DNA from: a virus
Lineage: Duplodnaviria > Caudoviricetes
IMG/VR virus record: IMGVR_UViG_3300031992_000051
Location: 1 to 64,000 of that record
Reading direction: 5' to 3' (one strand)
DNA length: 64,000 nt
This document shows, one piece after another, positions 15,624 to 26,300 of this stretch; positions within the stretch are counted from its first letter, which is position 1, and every line of letters starts with the position of its first letter. The translations under genes were made by a program, and so were the position numbers. The notes beneath the pieces are model-generated. The model did not search any database. It was not told the origin of the DNA and was given only the letters and a program-made list of their open reading frames with translations.

Positions 15624-17311
15624 TGGTTCCTCCATTTCCTTATGGCGTCGTTGCGCCGCCACCCCTTGAACTTTCCGGGCTGCGCCTTCGGCTTCTCGTC
15701 GGCGTCGCCGCCCTTGGCGTCCTGCTGTAGCCCGATCTCCGCGCTCTGGCTACGGAACGCCGCACGGTCGGCGTCGGTCGCCCGGCGCATCCTGCCGCCT
15801 TCGTCGATCTTTCCGTTCACCATGACCGGTATTCTGCGCAGCCCGTCGTTGATCTCCTTCACGTCGCGGGACGGGGTCGGACGGGCGAGCGCCGCCGCGC
15901 CGTGATGCACCTCGTCCATATCGAGCGTGCTCTTCGCGCCGTCCGCGACGAGCTCCGCGAGGTCCTTGACGACGCCGAGGGTCTCCCTGGCTCGCCCGGC
16001 GAAGCCCTGTGAAGGCTCGTCGCTGCTCGCCGTCGGCTTGCCGCTCGCCGCCGGCTGCGTGGCGGGCGGCGTCCATTTGGGCGAGGTGAGCGACGCCATC
16101 GTCTGCTCCCACGCGCCGCCGGCGTACTTCGCGCGGCCCTTCTCGATGAGCTCGTCGTACCGCTTCTGGTTTCCCCCAGCTGGACGGTTGGCCTCGGCGA
16201 ACCGGTTGTACGCGTCGAGGAGCGCCGCGTCTCTTGCGTCGCTGTCGAGCGCACCGTTGAGGGCCTTCAGCGCCGACTCGTAGTGCGACGGATTCCCGAA
16301 TTTCCGGAGCGCGAGGTACTGCCTTTCGGCGGTGGCCTGGACGAGCTCCTTCCGCTTCTGCGCGAACGCCTCCAAGTATTCGGCCCCGTGCTCGCCCTCT
16401 CCGCCAGTGTCGCCGCCCTTGCTCGCCGCCTGCATCGGCTGTTCCTCGGCGGGCTCCTCGGGCGGCCGCTCCTCGTCCCCCATGTCGTAGTACCCGCCCG
16501 CCTCCGGGTTCTCCCGGAAGAACCGGAGATCCTCCGGCGTGTAGTCCCTCCTCTCGCTGACGACCGTGAAGCCGAAGATGGTCTTCGGCACCTTGTCCGT
16601 CGCGAGGACGTTGCGGGACATCTTGAACCGTCCGGGGTCGCCTGCTCTGTCCGCCTGCTGCGTCCTGATCTGCGCCGCCGGAAGCCGTTCGATCTCGCGG
16701 TTGTATCGCTCGAACTCGCGGAACAGCCTTTCGTGCTGTTCCCGCCGGGCGGCATCGCGCCGGTCCTGCTCCGCCTTTATCTTCGCGGGGTCGAGCCCGA
16801 GCGCGGTGAGCGGGATGCGCGTTCTCACCTTCCCGGCGTCGGGGTCCTCCTCGCGGCCGAGCACGACGCGGGCGACATCCGTCATCACCTGCGGTACGCC
16901 CTTGTACCGCCCGTTGATGTCGAACTTGTCGGTGACGGTCCCGTCCTTCACGGTGAAGCCTCCAATGGTCTGCGTGAGGTTGAACTGCGCGGCGTTGTCC
17001 GCGCCATCGGCGCGGCCCGCCGTGCGCCCGTGCATGCCCTCGACGGACTTGCCGAGCTCGCGCAGCGCGGCCCTCGAGAAGTGCTTTTCGTCGCGCACCT
17101 CCGGCTGGTAGTACTTGCCACCCCCGCTCGTCACGTTGGCGATTGTGGCGCGTGCCCCGACGAGGGCTGGGTTCACGACCGCGTCCGCCACCTTCGACAG
17201 GACCGGCACGTCCATGTTCGCCGTCTCCGCCGCCTGGCGCTCCATCCATGCAAGGCCGTAGTCGAGCACCTCGCCTGTCTCTCCGATGCGCTTCTTGAGG
17301 GCTTCAAGCAT
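15620..17311 (-). CDS. Modular hypothetical protein, putative virion/ejection protein
   Basis: Starts 1 nt after the giant gene stop (MLEALKKRIG), AAGGA RBS; 563 aa. Confidence 0.7.
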   Translation of the reverse strand: MLEALKKRIGETGEVLDYGLAWMERQAAETANMDVPVLSKVADAVVNPALVGARATIANVTSGGGKYYQPEVRDEKHFSRAALRELGKSVEGMHGRTAGRADGADNAAQFNLTQTIGGFTVKDGTVTDKFDINGRYKGVPQVMTDVARVVLGREEDPDAGKVRTRIPLTALGLDPAKIKAEQDRRDAARREQHERLFREFERYNREIERLPAAQIRTQQADRAGDPGRFKMSRNVLATDKVPKTIFGFTVVSERRDYTPEDLRFFRENPEAGGYYDMGDEERPPEEPAEEQPMQAASKGGDTGGEGEHGAEYLEAFAQKRKELVQATAERQYLALRKFGNPSHYESALKALNGALDSDARDAALLDAYNRFAEANRPAGGNQKRYDELIEKGRAKYAGGAWEQTMASLTSPKWTPPATQPAASGKPTASSDEPSQGFAGRARETLGVVKDLAELVADGAKSTLDMDEVHHGAAALARPTPSRDVKEINDGLRRIPVMVNGKIDEGGRMRRATDADRAAFRSQSAEIGLQQDAKGGDADEKPKAQPGKFKGWRRNDAIRKWRNQ

Positions 17312-17312
17312 G

Positions 17313-20300
17313 TCAGTAGTCCTTTCTCCTGACGGGCGGCTCGTACGTGCCGGCCATGCCCTGCTTCGTGAGGTCGCTCCAGAGCTCCCGGAGCTTCGGG
17401 TCGAGCTTGTGCCCGCGCTTCTCCACGCGTTCCTGGAGCGACTGCACGATCTTGCTGTGCTTGCGCCCGAGCCTGCGTGCGGCGCGGCAGAGCTTGCCGA
17501 CCCGGTACGGGTCGAAGTCCCCGTCCACCTTGTCGGGCAGCGCCTCGAGGAGGTCGTTGTACAGGCTCCCGACAAGGCCCTGCACGGCGGAGTCGACGAG
17601 CCGCACCGCGTCGTTGTGCGAGTTGCCGTTGAGCCTCGCTGTGCGGTAGAGGCTGACGAGCACGGGGTCGCGGTCGAGCGCCGCGACGCGGAACTTGAAG
17701 TCGGTCCTCGGCGGCTTGACCGCGAACTTCAGCCCGCCGCGCTCGTCGAACGCCCACCGCTTCAGCTCCTTCTTCATCTTCTCCTTGACGGTGTAGTCGC
17801 TTTCGCCCATCTGCACCGGACCGAACGCGGAGAGGACGCCCACGTCGCCCCTGTCCACGAAGCCGGACAGCGTGAACGGCAGGAACGCCTTGACCATGTT
17901 GGCCGTCGCGGAGTCGGGCGAGAGGGAGAGCCAGCGCTCCGCGGCGCCCATGTCGTTCCAGGGCAGCTCGCGGTCCATCCACGAGAGGTTCCTCCCGAAC
18001 ACGCCCTCGAGGATCCGCTGCGTCGGCATGGAGAGCTTCGAGAAGAACTGCCCCGGCGCGTCCTGGAACCAGCGGAAGAACTCCCAGCCCTGCTTGCCGA
18101 AGTGCATGTAGTACCGGCGGCCGTTGTCGAACGAGCCGTGCGTCCTGTTGGCCCTGTCGTCGCCCGTGTACATCGGGATCATCGCGCCGAGCGCGGGGTG
18201 GTCCTTCTTCCACTGGGCGACGGTCGGGAACCGCTGCGACATGGCGCGGAGGAGCGGCGTCAGGTCGAACGCCGTCCAGCACGCCTTGTCCTCGTTCTGG
18301 AACGTCCACGGCTTGTCGTCGTCATCGTCGCGGCCCATGGCGCGGGACAGCCCGTAGATGGCGAGCTGGAACAGCATCGGGATGCCGATCATCACGCCGC
18401 CGAACATGCGCGCCCAGCGGCCCACGATGTACTTGCGCTCCTCCGCCGTCATCGTGTGCCCGCCGAGGAGCAGGTCCTCGACGGCCCCGCCGCCTCCGGC
18501 CTCCCACGCGCCGCGCGTCCACTCCCACGAGAACATGAGCATGTTCATGAGCCCGCGGTTCATCGGGTGCGCCCACGCGTACTTGAGCGGGTCGATGCCG
18601 CCGATCTCGGCGTTGATGTAGCCGCTGTAGCGCTTGAGGTCGCGGACGGGGTCGAACGCCTTGCCCTGCCGCTCCGCCTCCTGGCGGAGCTTCATGCAGA
18701 TCTGCGCGGTCGTCGCGAGCTTCGTCGCGTTGAGGGCGTAGGTGAACGCCTTCTCGCCGGACTTGGTGAGGAGCGTCCTCATCACGGAGTCCATCCGCGC
18801 CGCGGCCTTCGCGCCGAACTTCCCGCGCACCATCTCCGTCAGCTGGCGGAGGTCGCGCTGCACGATGGCGCGCTGCGGCTCGAGCGGGTTGACGCGCGAG
18901 TCGGAGAGCTGGATGCCGAGGGCGGACGCCCAGCCGACGAGCTCCGACAGGAACGGGTCGTTGGAGTCCATCATCTTCACGACGTCCCGGAACCCGAGGA
19001 AGTCGTTGGTGATCCAGCCGTTCCCGCTGAACATCTTCTGGAGGGCGCTCGCGGCCTTCGCGTGCTTGCGGAGGAAGTCCGGCGCGAGGTTCGACCCCAG
19101 GGCCGCCACGGCGCCCACGGCCCCGATGGGCGACTCCCACTTCGTCGCGAGCGGGAAGAACATGGAGAACGAGACGGACAGCGACTTCGAGTACGCGAGC
19201 GCGCGGTGGATGACCGCCCGCTGCGCCGTCGACCCGAAGTTGCGCGACGACTGGAGGAGGTGCCTCGCGTAGCCGAGCGCGTAGCCCCCGGCCAGCACGT
19301 TCAGCTTGGAGTCCCTCGGGTCGCTCTGCGCCATGAACCCGGTGATGGACTTCGCGTCGATGTCCTCGCCGGCGATCTCGCCGAACGCGACGCCGCCGAT
19401 CGTCTTCTTCGTGGAGAACTCGTCGTGCAGCGTCTTGTAGATCTCGTGCGCGTTGGCGATCCCGGACTTGCCCTCGTCGTACTCGAGGCCGTTGGACTGC
19501 GCCCACCAGCGCGCGACCTGGCCCCACACGGCGTCGGGGACGCCGCCCGCCTCGGCCGCGAGGAGGTTGGGGTCGGCGTAGCACGTCGGCCTGCCCTGCG
19601 CGTCCGGGGCCATCAGCATGTTGACGAGCGTCGAGCGGAACGCGAGCGCGTTCGTGATGCCCTCCATCGCCGCGTGGACGGCGTGGCCGAGCTGCGCGTT
19701 CGCCGGGAGGACGCCGGACGTGCGGAACACCATCTCGTCGGTGGCGCCGACGCCGCCGGCCAGCGCCAGGTCCTGCTCGGCCTTCTCCTCGTACATGTCG
19801 ATCATCCGCGCGACGCTCGACATGCCGCCGACGCGCTCGGCGACGGGGTCGCCGTTCCCGGCCCACGCCGCCTCGACGAGGCGGTCGTACACGGCCTTCG
19901 TGACGTCGGCGCAGTCCGCGTCCGCGCGGAGGGCGAGACCGGTCTCCCGCGCGCGGGCCGAGCCCGGCGCGTAGTCCCCGCGCCCGATCCACGTGCGTAT
20001 CTGGTCGGCGGTGGCGTTCTCCATCCCGAACACCTTGGCGACGAGCCGGGCCTGGTCGTCGCTCATCTCCGTCGCCGGCTTGATGTTCCGCGACCGCTCG
20101 TACGCGGCCATGACGTTCTTGAATACCGTCTCCTCCGCCGTCATCTTCTCGGCCGGGGACTTCTCCGTGCCGCGCGCCTTGCGGTTCGCGTTGTACATGA
20201 AGACGCCGGAGCCGCGCATGAACGGGAGCGGGGTGCGGAAGTTGTTGAAGAACGCGCCGTCGCCGTCGGTGAGCCACGGGTTCGTCCGCACGTACGCGGC

Positions 20301-23300
20301 GACCTCGCGGTACAGCCTCATGACCGGCTCGACGCGGCCCTGCCGCGTGAGCCACTCCTCGCGCCGCCCGGCGGCGAGGAGCTTCTCCCTCGCCGACGAC
20401 GAGCGGAACGCGTCCTCGATCTCGTCGATGTCGAGGACGAGCGCGCCGGACTCGTACATCTTCCGCTTCGTCACCGGGTTATACTTCTCGTGCCCGACCG
20501 CGACGCCGGCCTTCTCGAGCTCGTTGAGCACGTAGTCGGTCGTCGCCTCGGAGCTGTCCTTCGTCGAGTCCATGCGCTTCGCGCGCTGGAGCGCGGAGAC
20601 CGCCGCCCGCACGAAGCGCTCGCGGACCGGGTCCACCATCTCCGCCCACTGCGGGTTCAGCCCGGCCTCGTCGACGCCGCCGAGCTGGAGGTCGAGCCGC
20701 CACAGCGCGCGGTCGAAGTCGGAGAACTCGCGGCCGGAGTCGCGGCGGGCCTTCACGTTCTCGCGGGAGTAGTACTCCTCGTCCGCCACGTCGTCCACGG
20801 AGAACCTGACCTTGTCGACACCCGTCACGACCCTGCGCCCGCCCTGCGCGAACACCTTGTCCGCCTTCAGCACGAGGTCGCACAGCCGGGCCTCGTTCTC
20901 GGTGAGCGCGATCTTCCGGCCCGTCGCCGGGTCCTTCGCGTCCCTCTGCCCGTGGACGACGCCGGACGCGTCGTACCGCACGAAGCGGTAGTAGGTGCCC
21001 CCGTCCTTGCGGCGGACGACGCCTGCGTCCATGCTGAACTTGCCCTGCACCTCCTCGACGGCGGCGAGGTACTGCCCCGGCAGCACGTCGAGGCCCATCA
21101 CGGCGGCGTTCCAGTTCTCCTCGAGGACAAGGCGGCGCATGTAGCCGGCGTGCCTGTTGTTCATGCCGCGCATGAACTCGCCCACGTCGACGTGGCCGAA
21201 CGTCTTGCGGACGGTGGACTCGAGCCAGGCGTCCATGTTGTTCGCGACGAAGTACGGCTGGTCGTAGAAGTCCGCGGCCTCTGCCCCGTGCTCGAGGAGC
21301 TGCCGGGCCTCGACGCCGAGGAGCGCCGCCGTCTGGTCGGGCGTGTTCGGGGCCGGGACGTCCGCCGCGAGCTCCGCGTTCGCGTCGCCCGGCTCGAAGC
21401 CGAGCTGGCGGTAGAACTTCATGCCGGCGAGCACCGTGTAGATCGCGTCGATCGTGCGGTGCGCCGCGTACTGGAAGTCGTCGTTGCCGTTCCCCTCCGC
21501 GTCCACGTGGTTCCCGTAGAGCGCGCGGTTCGCGTCGAACGACGGGTTGAGGCTCGTGCCCGCGTTCGCGAGCCTGTACCTCTCGCGGTCGCCGTTCGGG
21601 AGGAGGTTGCCGCCGACGAGCCCGGCCTCGAGGTCGTGCAGCGTCGCGCCGAGCGTCTCCTCGCGGAACGCCGGGTCCTCGCAGAGACGCGTCGGGTCGA
21701 GCGACTCGAGCTGGCGGGACGCGGCGAGGAACTTGTCGAGCGCCGCCTCGAACGACGTCCCCGCGTAGCGCGCCTTGAGCGCCAGGAGGTCGCGGGACAC
21801 CGCCTCGCCGATGGCGGCGGGCGTCTGCCCGCAGGCCGCCATGATGGCCCCGGCGAGCGTGGAGGACGTGGCGCGGAAGGGCTCCTGGGTCTCCCTCGTC
21901 CCGCCCCGGCGCAGGTTGATCGGGCCCTGCGCCCGGTCGCCGGACGGGGCCATGTTCATCTCGACGATGGCGCGGAAGGCGAGGTTCTCGAGCTCCTGGC
22001 CGGAGATGGACGCGGGGTCGATGCCCTGCTGCGCGGCGACCTGCCGCACGGCGTCCACCGCGGCGGCGCGCTCCATCCCGCGGAGGACCCGCTCGCGGTT
22101 CCGCCCGACGGCGGCGAGCACGTCGCGCGCCTCCGCGTCGAGGCCGTCGCGCCTGAACCTGTTGCGGACCGCCATGCCGACGGCGCGGGCGAGCGTGAGC
22201 TGCGGGGAGTACTGCCCGGACATGCGGTCCGGGATCACCGTGTCCAGCTCCTCCTCGATGCGCTCCTCGGGCGACATGTCCTCGACGTCGTACATGGACT
22301 CCCCGCCCTGCTGGGTGGCCTGCGTCGCGGGTGCCCATTTTGTGAGGAAGTCCCTGTACGTGCTGCGGAAGCGGGTGCCCCAATGGTTGCCGAGCTCCGC
22401 GTCGAAGTGACGCGCAAGGGCGGCGCCGGACGCGGCGAGTTGACGCTTGACGGCGTCCTTCACGCGCGCCTCGTCGAGGCCGTTCGCACGGAGCACATCG
22501 GCGTACCGGCGTGCATCGACCGTCAGCGCCTCGATGTCGGTCAGGAAGTCCGCCATGCGGTACAGTATTCCGTACGACCTGTCGTCATCGAGTTCCGAAT
22601 CCATAAGCTCGTTCATCATGAGCCCCTCACGGGACAGGAGCATGATGACGTTCTTCTCGGCGTCCGTCCGGCTGTCGAACACTTCGCGCGGGATCTTGCC
22701 GAGGCTGTCCCCAGGCTGCCATCCCGTAGCGTCGAGCGCCGGCATGATGCTTTCGAGGTCCGCCATCGTTCCCTGGAGCGTCTCGCCGTTCAGACGGTCG
22801 AACGCGTAGTCTCCGGTGTTGGCGGCTTCACGCACCTGCCAGGCTCCGAGCATGTTCTTCGCCGCACGGAGGAATCTCGCCTCGAGCGCCTGCACCGGGG
22901 CCTTCTCCGCCGGCGGGAGGTCGAACAGCTCGCCCTGCACGTACCTGTCGCCGAACAGCGCGTTCAGGTCCTCGCCGCCCGTGATGCCGTCCTCCGCCGC
23001 GACGGCGGACACGTCGACCTCCCCGTCGTCCACGGCGAGCGCGCCCTCCATGGCGGCCAGGGCGTCCAGGTTCTCCTGGTCGGCCTCGGTCGCGCTCGTC
23101 ATGGCATGGCCGGTAAGGACCATCGCGGCGAGCGGGTTCTCCTTCATCTCGCGCCCGTACATCGAGCTGACGACACCGGTTTTCGTGATCGCCTCCCACA
23201 GCGCCTTGACGGCATTGAGGAGCTTTTGGAAGATGTTGAGCGTCTTCTCGTCCTTCGGGACCATCCCCTCTTCGACAAACCGCCGGAAGTCCTCCGCCGC

Positions 23301-26300
23301 CTTCTCCTCGCTGAACCGGCCCTTCCTGTCGTGGAACGCGACCGCCAGGTGCGCCATGTCCTCCTCGGAGAACGTGCCGAGCTCTTTCATCATGCCGAAC
23401 ACGGCGTGGAAGTATTCGTGGAACACGACGTTCGGGTACTTCGCCTGCTCCTCGAGCCTGATCTCGCGGCAAAGGACGCCGAGCTGCTTCGGCTCGACCG
23501 CCCAGTCGGAGGTCATCTGCTCTGACGTGACGCCGACCGAGCGCCACCTGTTCAGGTACGCCTCGCGCCCCGCCGCGTCCATGGCCTTCAGCTCGGCGAA
23601 CACGTCCTCCGCCGTCAGCGTCCTGCCTTCGGCGTCGCCTCGGCGGTTGGCGTTCGAGCGCAGCCAGTTCCACGTGTTCTTCGCGATCTTCTCCGGGTCG
23701 GCCACGCCTTCGTTGATGTTCGCAAGCAGCGTCGGGATGTCGAGCACGCGGTCGACGAGCGTGACGCGGATCATCGTCTCCACGCCGTCGCGGTTCTGCC
23801 GCTCCGCCGCCGTCCCGCGCAGGCGCGCCCGGACGAACAGCTCGCGCCCGCCCCTGTACTCGACCTTCGCCCCGGCCCACTGCCCGAGGATCCCGTTGAG
23901 CTTCGCGGCGAGCTCGGCCATGTAGGGGTCCCGCTCCGGGACGTCCGGCTTCGCGGCCGTGGGGAGCGCGACGGGCACGGCCTCCTCGGCCTCGTCCCAC
24001 CCCTCGATCTCCGCGATGCGCCTGTCCGCCGCGGACGGCTTCGGGACGCCGCGCGCCAGCGACTCGAGCACGGTCCTGTAGAGTCCGTTGTTCCCGAAGA
24101 TGTCGATGTTGTACCGGCCCTCCGGGTTGCCCGTCTGCCACGCGCCCTGGTGGAGCGCGGCGCGGACGTCGCGCCACGTCTGCGACTGCCCGGGCTTCCT
24201 CTCGAACGCTATCGACTTCGCGAGCTCCGCCGCGTTGCGCAGGTGCAGCCTCTTCGCGAGCGCGTCGATCGCGGCCTCGTACTCCGCCCTGTCGTTGATG
24301 CGCCTCGCGGGCTTGCCCGTCCCGTCCCGCATGAGCTCCCGCTCGAGCCCGCGCTTCAGGGGCGAGAAGTCGACGCCCGTCACGGCGGCCATGAGCAGGC
24401 CGTGGTCGCGGTCGAGCCGCTCCAGCTCCGCCGCCCAGCGGGCGTAGGTGTCGCCCATCGCCGTGACGATGGAGGACGACCGGGAGTCCGGCACGCGGTC
24501 CGTGCGCTGCGTGAGCGCGGCGTACACTGGGAGTATCTGCCCGAGGAACGCGGACGGCTCGATCGCGCAGCCCTTGCCGAGCACCGGCTCGAGCGCGTCG
24601 AGCACCGCCTCCGCCTCGTCGATGAGCGTGTTCATCGTCGTGCGGGCGCGGCCTTGCAGGAAGGTGTAGTCGCGCGACTTGCGGAACGCCTCGAGGTTCT
24701 CCCGCGACATCGTGAACGTGAAGGGGGACTTCTCGCGGAGCCAGTCCTTGAAGGGCTCCGGGGTCTCCCCGTCGGCCCTCTTCCGCTCCTCGTACTTCCT
24801 GTACCGCTCGACGTCGTAGATGCCCCTGCGGTTCTTCGCGAGCGCGCCGTCGGAGTCGAGCTCGCGGCCCGTCACGGCCCTGTCGTACATCCGGCGCACC
24901 TCGGAGATCTGGCCCTCGGTGACGCCCTGGAACGCGAGCGTGATGCGCCCGAGCCCGCGCTCCGCGCGCTCCTCCGCGTCCTCGTCCCCGTAGTACGTCT
25001 CCGCGTCGTAGCCCCTCGGCCCGGAGTCCGGGCGCTCGGAGAACATCGCGAAGAGCGGGAGCTCGCGCTGTGCCGTCGAGATGTCGACGAGCCGGTACAT
25101 GAGCTCGAACATGTCCTCGACCCCGCGCCGCATGTCGAGTGCGCCGTTGTGCAGGCGCTTCCCCCGGACGACGGAGCCCGAGCCCTGCGCGAACGCCCGC
25201 AGCACGTCATAGATGTTGTGCGCGCCGATCTTCGACTTGCCGACCTGCCGTACGGACCGCATGGCGGCGAACGAGAGGCCCGTCATCTGCGCGGACGCCT
25301 CGGCGGCCATCCTGTCGGACGGCTGGATGCGCTGCGCCGCGATGAGCTTCGTCGCGAGGACGGCGTCCTCCGTCGTCTCCGCGCCCCCGCAGATCGCCGC
25401 CACGTTGTCCTCGAACGCGTCCACGCAGTCGCGCCCGTAGTCCGCAACGGACTGCGTGCCGCACATGCGGTACGCGAGCATCGTGGAGTCGTGCATCTCG
25501 TTGAGCCTGCGGAGCTGCGCCTCGGAGATTCCGAGGTCGGACGCGGGGATGGGGTTCCCCTTGCGGTCGAGCATGATCCGCTCCCATCCGCTTATGCAGG
25601 ACTCCGCGTCGCTCGTCGCGGACGGCGCGCCGGGGTCGGTCGTCGTGTAGTTGACGGCCTTGCCGAAAGCCTTGGCGTCGGCGAGCGCGGACACGGCGTC
25701 GTGCCACTCGAGCATCCGGACGGCCTCCTCGGCGCCGCCCTTCTCGTGCATGTAGAGGAGGTAGCCCCCGAGGACGCCGAAGCGCCGCGCGCCGCCCGTG
25801 GCGACCGCGTAGGCCAGGCTCTTGAGCGCGGCCTTCCCGACGCCGCGGCCCCTCTTCTGCTCCAGCTCCTCCGCCGCCTCCTGGAGGAGCTGCACGGTCC
25901 TGGCCCCGCCCGCCGGCGTGCCGGTGAAGCCCCAGCCGCCCTTCTCGGAGTACTCGAGCCCGAAGAACCTCTGGACGTCGCGGTTCGAGAGCTCCTCGCC
26001 CTCGCGCCCGAACGCCCTGCGTATCTCCTCCTGCATCGCGTAGTCGGCCTTGTCCGTCGCCCGCCTCATGTAGGAGCGGCTCCCGCCGTGGTTCACGTCC
26101 TTCGCGTACCTGACGAACGCGTCGATGAACTCGGAGTCGGTCTGCGGCAGCCGGCCCTTGTCCCCGCCGTGGACGATCATGTCGGCGACGATGGTGTCCA
26201 TCATGCCGGCGGTCACGCCGAGGCGCGAGCACACCTGCTCCTTGATGTCGTCGAACGTCATGTTCGAGAGGCCGTCGAGGTGGTACATGAAGTCGAGCCA

